This document shows positions 50,265 to 63,077 of a stretch of 64,000 nucleotides of DNA, piece by piece (the first letter of the stretch is position 1; every line of letters starts with the position of its first letter). Both the position numbers and the translations under genes were made by a program. The notes under the pieces are model-generated. The model was given only the letters and a program-made list of their open reading frames with translations. It ran no database searches and had not been told where the DNA came from. Source of the DNA: Dehalococcoidia bacterium (GTDB lineage Bacteria; Chloroflexota; Dehalococcoidia; Lucifugimonadales; UBA3495); the NCBI GenBank assembly GCA_030740155.1, contig JASLXV010000080.1, forward strand, positions 1 through 64,000, read 5' to 3'.

Positions 50265-51275
50265 CTACTCCGCGGTTCCCGTCCGGACGGCGCCGATCAA
50301 CTCGGTCACGTGGCGAACTCCCGACTGCTCCAGGTATTCCCGGAGCCCTTCCAGGATGCGGAAAGGAGACCCCATGTCGACCAGGTTGGCGCTGCCCACC
50401 TGGACCGCTGTGGCGCCCGCCAGGATGAACTCGAGGGCGTGGGCAGCTTCGAAGATACCCCCGCAGCCGATGATCGGCACGTCCACGGCCTGGGCGGTGC
50501 GGTACACCAGAGAAATGGCAATCGGACGCAGTCCATGGCCGGAAAGGCCGCCGGCGCCGGCGCCGAGCACCGGCCGGCGGGTCTCCAGGTCGATGGACAT
50601 CGCCGGGATGGTGTTGGAGATGGTCAGGGCATCGGCTCCCGCGTCCACCGCTGCCCGAGCGATCTCGGTGATGTCGGGCACGTTGGGCGACAGCTTTACC
50701 AAAACCGGCAGGTCGGTCTTGGCCCTCACGGCCCCCACCGCTTCCCCCGCGAGCTTGGCGCTATGGCTGAACATGGCGCCGTTCTCGATATTGGGGCAGC
50801 TCAGGTTGATTTCCAGGGCCTGAAACCCGCTGGCACCCTGGGTCATGGCCGTCATCTCACCGAATTCCGCGACGCTTTCGGCGGCCAGGCTCAGCACCAC
50901 GGTGGTGCCCAGCTCGGCCCACTGAGGGGCAGCGTCGGAAAGGGTGGCCTCGATACCCGGATTGGCCAGGCCGACAGAGTTGAGGAAAACGAATTCCCCG
51001 GCCGCAAATGCCCGGCGAAAGGATTGTGGATACCAGCGCGGCTCCGGGTTGCCCTCCCTTGGATGGCGGGAGACGGTCTTGGGTATCACGGCGCCCAACA
51101 GGCTCAAGTCCAGCTCCGGGGGCATGCCCCGGCCGTATCCGTCGTAGCCGAAGGTGCCGGAGGCGATTATCACCGGGCTGGCTATATGCAGGTGGTGCCG
51201 GTTCCGGGGCGCCAAGTCCACCGCAAGGCCGACATTCTGAGACGCCTCCGGAACTCCGGCAACCTCTTTACTCAT
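50265..51275 (-). CDS. pyrD: Dihydroorotate dehydrogenase family 1 (probably 1B)
   Basis: [36 protein letters not shown]; start overlaps the rpoC stop. Confidence 0.92.
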   Translation of the reverse strand: MSKEVAGVPEASQNVGLAVDLAPRNRHHLHIASPVIIASGTFGYDGYGRGMPPELDLSLLGAVIPKTVSRHPREGNPEPRWYPQSFRRAFAAGEFVFLNSVGLANPGIEATLSDAAPQWAELGTTVVLSLAAESVAEFGEMTAMTQGASGFQALEINLSCPNIENGAMFSHSAKLAGEAVGAVRAKTDLPVLVKLSPNVPDITEIARAAVDAGADALTISNTIPAMSIDLETRRPVLGAGAGGLSGHGLRPIAISLVYRTAQAVDVPIIGCGGIFEAAHALEFILAGATAVQVGSANLVDMGSPFRILEGLREYLEQSGVRHVTELIGAVRTGTAE

Positions 51276-54200
51276 CGGGCTCGCCGTCGACTTCCTTTCC
51301 GCCGTCATCGCCGCTGCCGGACTCCTCTGCCACCGGGGTGTTGTCGTCCGGGGTGTTCTCGTCGAGGATGGGGTCGCCGCTGCCGGACTCCCCGGCCACC
51401 GGGGCGGCATCGCTAGAGTCTTCCCCGCCAAAGATATTGTCCACCTCACCGGGGTCTATATCCTCGGCGCCTTCCTGAAAGAAGGGGTGGCCCGAGGAAG
51501 GTGGCGGTCCCTCCGAGATGGGGAACCGTATATCTTCGGGCCCACTGGGAATTCCCAGCCAGCCGCCTGGGGCCACCGTCAGCTCCGAAATGATCTCCGG
51601 CTCCAAGAGTTGCTCCATGCCTGGGGTATCGATGCGAGCCGGGATCAAGCGGCCGATGATTACGTTTTCCTTTAAACCGAGCAGCCAGTCCTGGGCGCCG
51701 CTGACCGCCGCCTGGGTGAGAACCCTGGTGGTCTCCTGGAAAGATGCCGCTGACAGGAAGCTATCGGTGAGCAGAGAGGCCCGGGTAACCCCCAGCAGCA
51801 CTGGCTTGGCCGTGGCGGGCTCCCCACCCTCGGCCAACACTTTGGCGTTCTTCTCCTGGAACTCGAATTTGTCCACCATCTGACCCGGAATAAAGTCGGA
51901 GTCTCCGGTGGATTCCACCTGGACCCGCCGCAGCATCTGGCGCAGGATTATTTCGATGTGTTTGTCGTGAATGCTGACGCCCTGGGATAGGTACACCTGC
52001 TGAACCTCATCCACCAGGTACCGTTGCAGATCGTCTTTGCCCCCGATATGAAGGATGTCATGGGGATTCAACCGGCCGCCGATGAGGGCGTCGCCGGCCT
52101 TGACCTGGGCGCCGTCGCTGACCAGGATGTGGGCCGATGCGGGAATGAGGTGTTCCCGCTCCTCCACGTCCTCCCAGATGATGGAGATGCCTTCTTTGTT
52201 TAGATCCACCCGGCCTCCCATGTTCGCCACCACCTCTTCAGCAGGCGTGGGATCATCTTCAGCGGCGGCGCCATTTTCACCGGACAAGGAAATGACGGTG
52301 CTGGCCAGGACCATGCCTGGCTCCACGTACTCTCCCTGTTCGACGAGTATCTGGGCGTCCTTCGGGAGGGAGTAGTCCTCCCGGAACTCCTCCCGGCTAA
52401 CCATCTTTAGCCGCCGGCCGTCTTCGTCGACCTCTATCTCCACCGTGCCGTCGATGTCCGCCAAGATGGCGGCCCCTTTGGGGACACGGGCTTCGAACAG
52501 CTCTTCCACTCGGGGCAGGCCGCTGGTGATGTCCAGGCCGGCAACGCCTCCGGTGTGGAAGGTCCTCATGGTCAGCTGGGTGCCCGGCTCGCCGATGCTC
52601 TGGGCGGCGATGATGCCCACCGCCTGGCCTTCTTCCACCGTGAACCCGGTGGCCGGCAACCGGCCGTAACACATTTGGCAAACGCCTCGGTGGGCTTCGC
52701 AGTTCAGCGGTGACCGCACTGGGATCTCGTTCACGCCGGCTTCCACCAACTGGTCGGCGATACGTTTGTCGATATCCTGGTTCCGGTCTACCAGTATCTC
52801 CCCGGTCTCTGGATGAGCAACGGGGGCCGCCGAGTACCGGCCCACCAGGCGATCTCGCATCGACACATGCATTGGATCGTCGGGACGGACGTATACCCAA
52901 TAGGCGTCATAGGTGCCGCAGTCGCTCTCCAGGACGATTACTTCCTGAGCTATGTCGATCAACCGGCGGGTCAGATACCCGCTGTCGGCGGTCCGCAACG
53001 CGGTGTCGGCCAGACCTTTGCGGGCTCCGTGGGTGGAGATGAAGTACTCCAGCGCGGTCAGCCCCTCGCGGAAGCTGGACTTGATGGGCAGGTCGATGAT
53101 CCGCCCCTTGGGGTTGCTCATCAGGCCGCGCATGCCGGCCATCTGTTTGATCTGGGAAATGTTACCCTTGGCCCCCGACCGCGCCATTACCGCGATGCCG
53201 CCGTAGTTGGACAACTCCTCTTCCACTAGTGCCGTGGTCTGGTCCGAGGCCTTGGTCCAGACCTCCACCGCATTGTTGTAGCGTTCCTCCTCGGAGATGA
53301 GGCCGGAGAGGAACTGCTCATCGAGATTGGCGACCAGCTTGGTTGCCCGGTTCAATATCTCCGGCTTTTTGACCGACACCTGGATGTCGTTGATGGCGAT
53401 GGTGATGCCTGAAGCGGTGGCGTAGTGAAAGCCCAACTCCTTAATCGCGTCCAACGCCTGCGCCGTCTCGTCGTTGGTTAGACTATGGTAGAGTTCCGCG
53501 GTCAGCTCTTTCAGGCAGCCTCGGTCCATTAACTTGTTTTGGAAGCCGATGGACGAAGGCAAGATCTCGTTGAATATCAGACGGCCCAAGGTGGTTTCCG
53601 TCCAGTCGTCACCATCGGTGCCCTCGACGGTCCGCACGAAGATGCGGGCCTGGAGGCCGATGAGCCCCGACGCATGGGCGATCCGCGCCTCGTCGAAGTC
53701 GTAGAACCGGCGCCCCTCGCCAACGCTGCCTTCCCGCAACTCGGTGAGGTAGAAGCAGCCCATTACCATGTCCAGGGTGGGTGCGACCAGCGGGTCCCCG
53801 GAGGCGGGCGACAGCATATTGTGGGTGCTCAGCATGGTCTCGCGGGCTTCCAGCACCGCCATCCTCGAAAGAGGCACGTGGACCGCCATCTGGTCGCCGT
53901 CGAAGTCCGCGTTGAACGCGGAGCACACCAGGGGGTGAATCTGGATGGCGTTGCCTTCGATGAGCACCGGCATGAAGGCCTGGATGCCCAGCCGGTGCAA
54001 GGTGGGCGCCCGGTTCAGCATCACCGGCCGGTCTTTGATCACGTCTTCCAGGATGTCCCAAACCTCGGGCCGGGCCCGCTCCACCATTCGCTTGGCGTTC
54101 TTGATGTTGGGGGCGATTCCCAAGACGGCCAGGCGGTGCATCACGAAGGGCTTGAACAGCTCCAGCGCCATCCGCTTGGGCAGGCCACACTGGTGCATCT

Positions 54201-55527
54201 TGAGTTCCGGCCCGACCACGATCACGGAGCGGCCGCTGTAGTCCACCCGCTTGCCCAACAGGTTCTGGCGGAAGCGGCCTTGCTTGCCGCGCAGCAGGTC
54301 GGACAGGGACTTGAGCTTGTGATTATGGCTTCCCTGGATGGGGCGGCCCCGGCGCCCGTTGTCGATCAGGGCGTCCACCGCCTCCTGGAGCATCCGCTTT
54401 TCGTTGCGGATAATTATCTCTGGCGCTCCCAGGTCGGTGAGGCGCTTCAACCGGTTGTTCCGGTTGATGACCCGGCGGTAGAGGTCGTTGAGGTCGCTGG
54501 TGGCGAACCGGCCTCCATCCAGCTGGACCATGGGCCGCAGCTCCGGAGGCAGAACCGGCAGCACGGAGAGGATCATGTCTGCTACCCGGTTATCGCTGTT
54601 GCGGAAGGACTCGACGACCCGCAGCCGCTTGATGGCCTTCTTACGCCGCTGGCCGGAGGTGGAATGCATCTCGTGGATCAGGTACTCTCGCAGGGCTTCC
54701 AGGTCGATGGTCCTCAGGATGGCCAGGATGGCCTCGGCCCCCATTGCCGCCTGGAAGACCTTGCCGTAATGCTCTTTAAGCTCCCGGTAGCGGGATTCGG
54801 CGATGAGCTTGTGGACCCGCAGGTCTTGAAGCTCGTCGATCACGGTTTGGAACTGCTCTTCCAGCTGTGACTCTTCCAGGGTCAGCTGGGCGTTAATGGC
54901 GTCGATCTCAGCCTGGGCGGCCTGTTGCTCGACCTGCGCTTCCGGGCCGGCTTCGGGGCTGATTTCAGCTTCAACGGTTGCGGTTAGTTCCAGGGTCCGC
55001 TCCGCGGCGGTCCGGCGGCGCTTCTCGACCTCATTCTCCAACTTGGCCCGCTCTTCCTCAACGGACTCCTGCCTGGCCTCCTCGTCCACGGATACGATGA
55101 TGTGCTGGGCGAAATAGAGGACCCGCTCCAGGTTTCTGGGAGAGAGGTCTAAAAGGAGGCCAAGCCGGCTGGGCGTGGTTTTGCTGAACCAGATGTGGGC
55201 GACCGGGGCCGCGAGCCGGATGTGGCCCATGCGCTCGCGCCGCACCTTGGATCGGGTTACCTCCACGCCGCACCGGTCACAGATGACTCCCCGGTAGCGG
55301 ATCCGCTTGTACTTGCCGCAGAAGCACTCCCAGTCCTTGGTTGGGCCGAAAAGCCGCTCGCAGAAAAGACCGTCTTTCTCCGGCCGTAGGGTGCGGTAGT
55401 TAATGGTTTCCGGTTTGGTGACCTCGCCGTGGGACCAGTTTAATATCTGCTCTGGAGAGGCGATGGATATTCGAATAGCGTTGAAATTGGTGCCCTGGGA
55501 ATCGGTTCTGTCTGCCATCCTTACCAT
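51268..55527 (-). CDS. rpoC: RNA polymerase beta' subunit
   Basis: [45 protein letters not shown]. Confidence 0.99.
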   Translation of the reverse strand: MVRMADRTDSQGTNFNAIRISIASPEQILNWSHGEVTKPETINYRTLRPEKDGLFCERLFGPTKDWECFCGKYKRIRYRGVICDRCGVEVTRSKVRRERMGHIRLAAPVAHIWFSKTTPSRLGLLLDLSPRNLERVLYFAQHIIVSVDEEARQESVEEERAKLENEVEKRRRTAAERTLELTATVEAEISPEAGPEAQVEQQAAQAEIDAINAQLTLEESQLEEQFQTVIDELQDLRVHKLIAESRYRELKEHYGKVFQAAMGAEAILAILRTIDLEALREYLIHEMHSTSGQRRKKAIKRLRVVESFRNSDNRVADMILSVLPVLPPELRPMVQLDGGRFATSDLNDLYRRVINRNNRLKRLTDLGAPEIIIRNEKRMLQEAVDALIDNGRRGRPIQGSHNHKLKSLSDLLRGKQGRFRQNLLGKRVDYSGRSVIVVGPELKMHQCGLPKRMALELFKPFVMHRLAVLGIAPNIKNAKRMVERARPEVWDILEDVIKDRPVMLNRAPTLHRLGIQAFMPVLIEGNAIQIHPLVCSAFNADFDGDQMAVHVPLSRMAVLEARETMLSTHNMLSPASGDPLVAPTLDMVMGCFYLTELREGSVGEGRRFYDFDEARIAHASGLIGLQARIFVRTVEGTDGDDWTETTLGRLIFNEILPSSIGFQNKLMDRGCLKELTAELYHSLTNDETAQALDAIKELGFHYATASGITIAINDIQVSVKKPEILNRATKLVANLDEQFLSGLISEEERYNNAVEVWTKASDQTTALVEEELSNYGGIAVMARSGAKGNISQIKQMAGMRGLMSNPKGRIIDLPIKSSFREGLTALEYFISTHGARKGLADTALRTADSGYLTRRLIDIAQEVIVLESDCGTYDAYWVYVRPDDPMHVSMRDRLVGRYSAAPVAHPETGEILVDRNQDIDKRIADQLVEAGVNEIPVRSPLNCEAHRGVCQMCYGRLPATGFTVEEGQAVGIIAAQSIGEPGTQLTMRTFHTGGVAGLDITSGLPRVEELFEARVPKGAAILADIDGTVEIEVDEDGRRLKMVSREEFREDYSLPKDAQILVEQGEYVEPGMVLASTVISLSGENGAAAEDDPTPAEEVVANMGGRVDLNKEGISIIWEDVEEREHLIPASAHILVSDGAQVKAGDALIGGRLNPHDILHIGGKDDLQRYLVDEVQQVYLSQGVSIHDKHIEIILRQMLRRVQVESTGDSDFIPGQMVDKFEFQEKNAKVLAEGGEPATAKPVLLGVTRASLLTDSFLSAASFQETTRVLTQAAVSGAQDWLLGLKENVIIGRLIPARIDTPGMEQLLEPEIISELTVAPGGWLGIPSGPEDIRFPISEGPPPSSGHPFFQEGAEDIDPGEVDNIFGGEDSSDAAPVAGESGSGDPILDENTPDDNTPVAEESGSGDDGGKEVDGEPDE

Positions 55528-58500
55528 TAAATCGTCTCCAGTGGTAGATAAAGCTCGGTGTCATCGGAGGTTCTCCGGGTTAGTGAAGGCCGGTCGTCCT
55601 CATTCAACAGCTCCACGGACAGCCCCAGGCTCTGGAGTTCCTTGAGCAAGACGTTGAATGATTCCGGCACTCCGGGCTGGCCGATGGGCTCGCCTTTCAC
55701 TACTGCCTCGTAGGTCTTGACACGCCCCGCCACATCATCGGATTTTACCGTCAACACCTCCTGCAAGTTGTAGGCCGCGCTGTAGGCTTCCAGTGCCCAG
55801 ACTTCCATCTCGCCGAACCGCTGGCCGCCGAATTGGGCCTTCCCGCCCAGCGGCTGCTGGGTGATCATGGAATAAGGCCCGGTTGACCGGGCGTGGATCT
55901 TGTCTTCCACAAGGTGAATGAGTTTCAAAATGTAGATGCTGCCCACCGTTACCAGTTGGTCGAAGGGCTCTCCGCTACGGCCGTCGAATAGCTCGAACTT
56001 GCCAAAGGTGGGGGGTGAGATACGTTTTTCACGGTGGACCTTCAACGCCAAGTCGTGCAACTCGGCGGGGTCCAGCCCTTCCGTTTCTTCGCCGGCCGCG
56101 TCCTTAAGCCATAGACGCAAGCACGCCGCTTGGGCCGCTCCCCTCACCGATTCATCGAAGAGGTGCCGGCCATCGAAGCCCCTCTCCTCCAGCCAGCTAT
56201 ACGCCCGGGAGTAGTCGATCCAGGGAGCGTCGTCGTTGGGGCTGGCCTCGTTGGCCTCGGCTTGCTGAACGAACCAGACCCGGGCCAGGGCGTCTTCAAT
56301 GGAGACATCCCGGGCGCCGTCGAACACCGGCGTGTTGGCCCGGAAGTGCAGGTTATGGGCCGCCCAGCCAAGGTGGGTTTCCAGCACCTGCCCAAGGTTC
56401 ATCCGAGAAGGTACACCGATGGGGTTCAGGATGATGTCCACCGGGACGCCGTCGGCCAGGTAGGGCATGTCCTCCTCGGGCAGGATGCGGGCGACGACAC
56501 CCTTGTTGCCGTGACGGCCGGCCATCTTGTCCCCGACGGATATCTTCCGGGTCTGGGCAATCCACACGCGTACTGCTTCGTTGACGCCGGGCGATAGGTC
56601 GTCCCGGTTGGCCCGGTCCAGCACCTTAACGTCGATGACCTTGCCTCGCTCGCCGTGAGGCACCCGCAAGGAGGTGTCTTTAACGTCGCGGGACTTTTCT
56701 CCGAAGATGGCTCGCAGCAGCTTCTCTTCCGCGGTAAGCTCGGTTTCACCCTTGGGGGTAACCTTGCCCACCAGAATGTCCCCGGGACCGACATCGGCGC
56801 CGACTCGAATGATGCCCCTCTCGTCCAGGTCGCGGAGACTTGCCTCACCCACGTTCGGGATGTCCCTGGTGATCTCCTCGGGACCCAGCTTGGTTTCCCG
56901 GGCTTCCATCTCGTGTTTCTCGATGTGGGTCGAGGTGAAGTAGTCGTCCTTGACCAGCCTCTCGCTGACGATGATGGCGTCCTCGTAGTTGTAGCCCTCC
57001 CAAGACATGAAGGCGACCACCACGTTCTGGCCCAGGGCCAAATCCCCGTGGTCGGTGGAAGAGCTGTCGGCCAGAACGTCCCCCCTGTCCACGGTGTCGC
57101 CCTTGGCCACGATTGCCCGCTGGTCGAAGCAGGTCCCCTGGTTGGTGCGGGCAAATTTAATCAGAGGGTGATTGTGCGCTTCCCCCTCTCGGTCCATGAC
57201 CACGATCTCGCGGCCGGTTACCGCCGTCACCGTGCCGGACGTCAGGGAGAGCACCACCTGGCCGCTGTCCCGGGCCACCCGGCTCTCGATCCCGGTGCCC
57301 ACCACCGGCGCCTGGGGCCGGAGTAGCGGCACCGCCTGGCGCTGCATGTTGGATCCCATGAGGGCGCGGTTGGCGTCGTCATGCTCCAGGAACGGGATGA
57401 GGGCTGCCGACACGCTCATGATTTGCATCGGGGAGACGTCCATCAGGTCTACGGAGTCCGGCGTGTCCTCGGTATAGGTCTCACCGACCCGGACTTCCAC
57501 CCGGTCTTCAATGAACTGGTTCCGGCGGTCCAACAGGGAGTTGGCCTGGGCCACCCGGAAGGTCTCCTCTTGGTCTGCCGATAGGTAGATGACTTCGTCC
57601 TCACCGGAGGCCACGAAAGGCCGGACGGGCACCGACGTGCCCTGAGGCAGCTCGCGCACTGCGGCGAGCTTCTTACCGTTGATGAGCCTTCCCTTGGCGA
57701 CGATAAGCTGGCCGGATTCATCCACCACGTCAGCGCCGGCGATGCGCCCGTCCATCTCCGGGGCGTCGCTGGGCAGGCTCTTCAATACCCGGCGATACGG
57801 GGACTCGATGAAGCCGTAGGCGTTGATCCGGGCGTAGGATGCCAGAGAGCTGAGCAGGCCGATGTTGGGGCCTTCCGGCGTCTCAATGGGGCAAATCCGC
57901 CCGTAGTGGGAGAAGTGGACGTCCCGCACGTCGAACCCGGCCCGTTCCCTGGATAGGCCACCGGGGCCCAGGGCCGACAGGCGGCGCTTGTGGGTCAACT
58001 CGGCCAGGGGGTTGGTCTGGTCCATGAATTGGGACAACTGGGAGCCCCCGAAGAACTCCCTGACCGCCGCTACCACCGGCCGAATGTTGACCAGACCCTG
58101 GGGGGCGGCGGTTTCCGGGTCCACCAGGGTCATCTTCTCCTTGACCATCCGCTCCATGCGCAGCAGGCCGACGCGCACCTGGTTTTGCACCAACTCGCCC
58201 ACGGCCCTAACCCGGCGGTTGCCCAGGTGGTCGATGTCGTCGGGGCGTCCCTGTCCCTGGTTAACCAGGATCATGGTGCGAATTACGGCCACCACGTCGT
58301 CCAGGCTCAGGGTCATCAGCGAGGAGTTGCTGGTCTGGGCCAGCCTGCGGTTCAGCTTGTAGCGGCCCACCCGGCCCAGGTCGTAGCGCCGGGCGCTGAA
58401 GAACAGGTTCCGGATCAGGTTTCGAGAGTTTTCCAGGCTGGGAGGCTCGCCCGGCCGCAGACGCCGGTAGAACTCGATCTGGGCGGCGGCGATGCGCTTG

Positions 58501-59303
58501 GCCTGTTCGCTGACGAACTCGAAATCGGGACGGAGCCACTCCCAGAGGGAGCGTAGGTCGTCTTCCCGGAAGTTCATATCCTTGACTTCAGAGGCAGGGT
58601 CCCGGTCCAGGGTGGACTGAATGTACCGGTGGTTTTCGTCGGTGTCCACCTCCTCGAACAGTTCGAGCAATTCTTCGTCTGTGGCCACTCCCAGCGCCCG
58701 GAGGAAGGTAGTGGCCGACACCTTGCGTTTGCGGTCTACCTTGACCGAGAGCACATCCTTGGAGCTGGTTTCGAATTCCAACCAGGCGCCCCGGGAGGGG
58801 ATCAGCTTGGCGAAGCAAAGGCTCCGGTCGCTCGCCAGGTTCTTCTCGTACACGAAGTAGATGCCGGGGGAACGCACCAGCTGGCTGACCACCACGCGCT
58901 CGGCGCCGTTTATAATGAAGGTGCCATTGGGAGTCATCATGGGTATATCACCCATGAATATCTCCTGTTCCTTGATCTCCCCGGTGTCTTTCATCACTAG
59001 ACGGGTTTTGACGTAGAGGGGCTGGGAGAAGGTGATTTCCCGTTCTTTGCTCTCTTGAGGAGTGTATTTGGGTGTCCAGAAGTAGTGTTCCTGGAAATGA
59101 AGTTCGTACTTCTTTCCGGTGTAGTCTTCAATGGGAGAGATTTCCACGTAGACTTCGCGGAGCGCATCGGTCTTGAACCAGTCCCAAGACTGGATCTGGC
59201 CCTGGATGAGGTTGGGGACATCTAATACTTGCGGGATTCGGGCGTAAGACTTAATATCAGGAAGTTGCAAAGCATGTCTATCCGGCGCAGGGGGCAAACC
59301 CAT
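55527..59303 (-). CDS. rpoB: RNA polymerase beta subunit
   Basis: [40 protein letters not shown]. Confidence 0.99.
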   Translation of the reverse strand: MGLPPAPDRHALQLPDIKSYARIPQVLDVPNLIQGQIQSWDWFKTDALREVYVEISPIEDYTGKKYELHFQEHYFWTPKYTPQESKEREITFSQPLYVKTRLVMKDTGEIKEQEIFMGDIPMMTPNGTFIINGAERVVVSQLVRSPGIYFVYEKNLASDRSLCFAKLIPSRGAWLEFETSSKDVLSVKVDRKRKVSATTFLRALGVATDEELLELFEEVDTDENHRYIQSTLDRDPASEVKDMNFREDDLRSLWEWLRPDFEFVSEQAKRIAAAQIEFYRRLRPGEPPSLENSRNLIRNLFFSARRYDLGRVGRYKLNRRLAQTSNSSLMTLSLDDVVAVIRTMILVNQGQGRPDDIDHLGNRRVRAVGELVQNQVRVGLLRMERMVKEKMTLVDPETAAPQGLVNIRPVVAAVREFFGGSQLSQFMDQTNPLAELTHKRRLSALGPGGLSRERAGFDVRDVHFSHYGRICPIETPEGPNIGLLSSLASYARINAYGFIESPYRRVLKSLPSDAPEMDGRIAGADVVDESGQLIVAKGRLINGKKLAAVRELPQGTSVPVRPFVASGEDEVIYLSADQEETFRVAQANSLLDRRNQFIEDRVEVRVGETYTEDTPDSVDLMDVSPMQIMSVSAALIPFLEHDDANRALMGSNMQRQAVPLLRPQAPVVGTGIESRVARDSGQVVLSLTSGTVTAVTGREIVVMDREGEAHNHPLIKFARTNQGTCFDQRAIVAKGDTVDRGDVLADSSSTDHGDLALGQNVVVAFMSWEGYNYEDAIIVSERLVKDDYFTSTHIEKHEMEARETKLGPEEITRDIPNVGEASLRDLDERGIIRVGADVGPGDILVGKVTPKGETELTAEEKLLRAIFGEKSRDVKDTSLRVPHGERGKVIDVKVLDRANRDDLSPGVNEAVRVWIAQTRKISVGDKMAGRHGNKGVVARILPEEDMPYLADGVPVDIILNPIGVPSRMNLGQVLETHLGWAAHNLHFRANTPVFDGARDVSIEDALARVWFVQQAEANEASPNDDAPWIDYSRAYSWLEERGFDGRHLFDESVRGAAQAACLRLWLKDAAGEETEGLDPAELHDLALKVHREKRISPPTFGKFELFDGRSGEPFDQLVTVGSIYILKLIHLVEDKIHARSTGPYSMITQQPLGGKAQFGGQRFGEMEVWALEAYSAAYNLQEVLTVKSDDVAGRVKTYEAVVKGEPIGQPGVPESFNVLLKELQSLGLSVELLNEDDRPSLTRRTSDDTELYLPLETI

Positions 59304-59440
59304 TTCCCATTCTCCTCAGGGCGAGTGAATAAATCGGTCGGGGTGACCGGAGCAACGGCTCGAAAGAGGAATTACTTAAGTCGAGGTCGGCTAGAGGGAT
59401 GACAGAAGTCGTGGCTTGTGGCATATACCCGTAACCTTTT

Positions 59441-59468
59441 ATTATACAGGCACGCCGCTTGTTGTCAA
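59441..59468 (-). promoter_or_regulatory. rpoBC promoter
   Basis: Consensus TTGACA-16 nt-TATAAT. Confidence 0.8.
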
Positions 59469-59635
59469 GAGTTTACATGTGAATATTGCCGCGAGTTCAC
59501 CATACCACTCCAACCGAGAGGGGACGGGCTCTCTGTCGTCGTGACTCCGGAACATTCGGCCAACCGTGATGAGACCTCCAGCCTCCCTGGCTCCTTGTCT
59601 GGACTCCACGGCCCGCGGCGATTAGCTGGCCTACG

Positions 59636-60979
59636 ATGGTGAAATTCCGCCTGGATCCGGCCAACCTGACCTTTGCCGGCCAGAAGATTCATTACGCCTG
59701 GGTGGTGGTGGGGCTGGCGGCCTTGATGCGGCTGACCAGCTCTTCTTTCAGGACATCCTCCAGTGTGTTGATCCCGCGGCTCGTGGAATCCTTTGGTTGG
59801 AGCTACGGCGCCGTGGGACTGGGGTTCTCCATCCAGTGGATCGTCTCCGGGCTTTTCGGCCCTCTGGCCGGCGGGATGGGCGACCGCTACGGCGTCCGGG
59901 TCACCATGGTGGTGGGAGCCCTCCTGTTCATTGCTGGCATGGTGCTAACTGGCACTATGTCCCATTTGTGGCAGTTCTACCTCTTCTTTGGGGTCCTGCT
60001 CAGCTCCGCCATGGGAATATTCCAAGTACCTCTGACCGCGGCGGTTACCCTCTGGTTCAGGAAGCACCTGGGTGTTGGCATCGGCATTTTGCAGGCCTCT
60101 CAGGGCTTGGGGCCTCTGGTAGCTGTCCCCATTATGCTTTTCATCCTCAACTGGTTCGGAGGGGGAGTTGACGGCATCAGGGCGGCTTTCTGGCTCCCCG
60201 GGCTGGCTGGGGGGGCCGCCCTTCTCCTGCTGATAACGCTGTTCCACAATGAGCCGGCCGACCTGGGGCTTCGTCCCCTGGGCGCCTCGTCGGAGGAACT
60301 CATACGGAGGCTGCAAAGAGGTGAGGTGGCCCGAGCCAGAAGCAAGGCATTTCTCCATCAGGTCCAGCGTACCACCACCTTCTGGAACCTGATCGGCATC
60401 CACTTCTGGGGATGCGCCGGCCACTCCATCATAATCGTCTACTTGGTGGCCATGGCCGAAGCCAAGGGCGTAACCGAGGCCGCAGCGGCCGGGACTTTCG
60501 TCGCCCTCACGGTGTCCAGTTCTATCACCCGGTTCGTGGTCCCCGTCGTCGCCGACCGCGTGGGAAGCAAATGGGCCATGGGGACGAGTTTCTTCCTCCA
60601 GACCGCCCCGGTACTTATGCTCTTCTTCGCCAACGAGCCCTGGATGTTCTACGTTTTCGCCACCATGTTCGGTATCGGATTTGGCGGCGAGATGAGCGCT
60701 TTCCCCATAATCAACCGCCAGTACTACGGCGGCGCCCCCATCGGCGCCACCTTCGGCTGGCAGATGATGGGATCGGGCGTCGGCATGGCGGCAGGGTCCT
60801 TGGCCGGGGGGCAGCTGCGAGACCTGACCGGCGACTTCACTGCCACCATAGCTCTTTCTTTCACGATGAGCTTGATTGGCGTACTATCCATCCTACTGCT
60901 GCCTGCCACCACCCGTCCCTTGCTTCCCGACTGGGAGGAAGCGTTGCCCGAGGAGATTCGCTCTCCCGCTCCGCCGTAG
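59636..60979 (+). CDS. MFS transporter (monocarboxylate/OFA-like)
   Basis: HYAWVVV, GMGDRYGVR, ADRVGSK; about 12 TM segments. Confidence 0.92.
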   Translation: MVKFRLDPANLTFAGQKIHYAWVVVGLAALMRLTSSSFRTSSSVLIPRLVESFGWSYGAVGLGFSIQWIVSGLFGPLAGGMGDRYGVRVTMVVGALLFIAGMVLTGTMSHLWQFYLFFGVLLSSAMGIFQVPLTAAVTLWFRKHLGVGIGILQASQGLGPLVAVPIMLFILNWFGGGVDGIRAAFWLPGLAGGAALLLLITLFHNEPADLGLRPLGASSEELIRRLQRGEVARARSKAFLHQVQRTTTFWNLIGIHFWGCAGHSIIIVYLVAMAEAKGVTEAAAAGTFVALTVSSSITRFVVPVVADRVGSKWAMGTSFFLQTAPVLMLFFANEPWMFYVFATMFGIGFGGEMSAFPIINRQYYGGAPIGATFGWQMMGSGVGMAAGSLAGGQLRDLTGDFTATIALSFTMSLIGVLSILLLPATTRPLLPDWEEALPEEIRSPAPP

Positions 60980-61120
60980 ACTCGTAGCGGCGTGGCGGGC
61001 CGTTCCGGGTTCGGGTTCCAGCGGCTTGGAGCAACATCTGATGCGGTTTCGTGCGAGCCTGAGGGCTTTGTGCTAAACTCCGGTGGCAGTTGGCAACTAG
61101 GCTCGAATGGAGGTGGCAAG

Positions 61121-62545
61121 ATGCTAGATTTGATCATTCGCGGCGGTCAGGTGGTAGCCCCATGGGGAGTGGGCGAATGGGACGTGGCGGTCCAGGGTGA
61201 GAAGATCGTCGCCGTCGCCGCCCCGGGGACCCTGACCGAAGATGCGGTCCGGATTATTGACGCCTCCGGCAAGGTTGTCGTGCCCGGTGGAATCGAGCCG
61301 CATGCCCACATCGCCGCGCCGATAATGGGGCAGGGAGACCTGAAAACCGCTCCACCGGAGCAGGTGAGCCGGGCCGCGCTCTTCGGCGGCACCACCACCC
61401 TTCTGGACTTTGCCATCCAATTTCCCGGCACCGATGTCAACCAGGCAATCCAGGAGCGAACGTCCGTCTGGAAAGGGAAATCCTACTCCGACTACGCCCA
61501 CCACTTAATGCTGTGCGGCGCGCTTTCGGACAACATGTTTGGCCAACTGGGTGAGGCTGTTGAAGACGGATTCTCCACGTTTAAGATCTTCACCACCAAC
61601 GTCCGCCCGGCCTCCAGCTCAGGCGAGCCGCGCATGGTCCGCATGGGCCACCTGCACGACCTCATGGAGCGGGTGCAGCGCCTGGGGGCCATGCTGATGG
61701 TCCACTCGGAGGACGACGACATGGTCCAGCACATGTACGAGAAGCTGGCCCAAGAGGAGCGAACCGAGTGGTGGAACATGCACTTGGTGCACAGCAACGA
61801 GTCCGAGGACGTGTCCATCCGGCGGGTGTTGCGGGTCTCCGAGTGGACCGGATCGCCGGTGTACTTCGTCCACGTGAGCGCCAAGCAGGGGCTGGAAGCG
61901 ATACAGGAGGCCCGGGCCAAGGGGATGCCGGTCTACGGTGAGACCCTCCACAATTACTGCTGCTTCAACTCCGACGACTACAAAGAGGAGTACGGGATGA
62001 AGTACCACACCTATCCCTCGCTCAAGTCGGAGGAAGACCGGAGGGCGCTCTGGGACGGCATTGTTCGGGGCGGCCTGAGCACCATGGCCACCGACGAATA
62101 CTGCACCTCTTGGAAGGTCAAGGTCGCCGGCAAGCTGGTATCCAACGTAACCGGGGGGCACAACGGCGCTGAAACCCGGCTCGGGATCACCTACAGCGAA
62201 GGGGTCTCCAAACGGGGGATGTCCCTGCAGCGGTTCGTAGACGTGACCTCGGCCAACGCCGCCAAGATCATGGGGCTCTACCCGCGCAAGGGTGTCATCG
62301 CACCGGGCAGCGATGCCGACATCGTGTTCATCGACCCCGGCTTCAAGAGGCCGCTGGCCATGTCTGACTTCCACATCACGGACTACAGTATCTGGGAAGG
62401 GTTTGACGTCGCGGGCTGGCCGGTGCTGACGATTCTGCGGGGCAAGGTGGTGGTGGAGAACGGCGAACTCAAGTCCAGCCTGGGCAGCGGCAAGTTCATT
62501 CCTCGCAAGGTGGACCCGGAGTTCGCCAGCCGGCCTGCCTGCTAG
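61121..62545 (+). CDS. Dihydropyrimidinase/hydantoinase-like amidohydrolase
   Basis: PGGIEPHAH, GGTTT, FKIF, VHSE, VHVS, KGVIAPGSDADIV. Confidence 0.9.
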   Translation: MLDLIIRGGQVVAPWGVGEWDVAVQGEKIVAVAAPGTLTEDAVRIIDASGKVVVPGGIEPHAHIAAPIMGQGDLKTAPPEQVSRAALFGGTTTLLDFAIQFPGTDVNQAIQERTSVWKGKSYSDYAHHLMLCGALSDNMFGQLGEAVEDGFSTFKIFTTNVRPASSSGEPRMVRMGHLHDLMERVQRLGAMLMVHSEDDDMVQHMYEKLAQEERTEWWNMHLVHSNESEDVSIRRVLRVSEWTGSPVYFVHVSAKQGLEAIQEARAKGMPVYGETLHNYCCFNSDDYKEEYGMKYHTYPSLKSEEDRRALWDGIVRGGLSTMATDEYCTSWKVKVAGKLVSNVTGGHNGAETRLGITYSEGVSKRGMSLQRFVDVTSANAAKIMGLYPRKGVIAPGSDADIVFIDPGFKRPLAMSDFHITDYSIWEGFDVAGWPVLTILRGKVVVENGELKSSLGSGKFIPRKVDPEFASRPAC

Positions 62546-62648
62546 CCGCCCTGCGCCGCAGGCTGGGCTGAGGGGTGGCCAGCGCACCACCGGATGCAGT
62601 TGGCCACCGGCAGCATTGCGCGATTCCGTCTAAAAGGACCGCCGCGCC

Positions 62649-63077
62649 TCAGTTGTTGGGCGCCCCCTCCCGAATCCACTCCACGAGCAGGGCAATATCC
62701 TGGTCCGGGAGGGGCGAACCGGCCAGAGGCATCCGCGGCTGAAGCTCCCCGGTGAGCCGCTGGACCAGGATGCTTTTTGCCGGGTCGCCCGGCACGACTA
62801 CCTGGTTGGCAGTGCTCCCCGCCATCAATGAGTCGTAGGAGTCTAGGTAAAGACCCATCTGGCCGCCGTGGCATCGAACACAGTTCCTCGTCAAGATAGG
62901 GCGTACGTCCCTGCTGAAGCTCACAACAGCCTGACCGCCCGGGGTCGACGTGGGTGCGGGGGTTACCGCGGGACGCGGCGCCACGGGCGCCATCATTCCC
63001 CGGTTCGACATCATCCCGCAGGATCCCAATAAGGCCGCCAACGCCACTAGGAGAACGATCAAATACGATGATCGCAT
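62649..63077 (-). CDS. Monoheme c-type cytochrome lipoprotein (planctomycete cytochrome c-like domain)
   Basis: Lipobox LLGSC; SFSRDVRPIL..NCVRCHG...PGDPAKS...RMP...EWIREGA. Confidence 0.85.
   Translation of the reverse strand: MRSSYLIVLLVALAALLGSCGMMSNRGMMAPVAPRPAVTPAPTSTPGGQAVVSFSRDVRPILTRNCVRCHGGQMGLYLDSYDSLMAGSTANQVVVPGDPAKSILVQRLTGELQPRMPLAGSPLPDQDIALLVEWIREGAPNN

Noticed and set aside
57950..58050. Rifampicin-resistance substitutions in RpoB
   Set aside because: The cluster reads [20 protein letters not shown], the sensitive-type consensus
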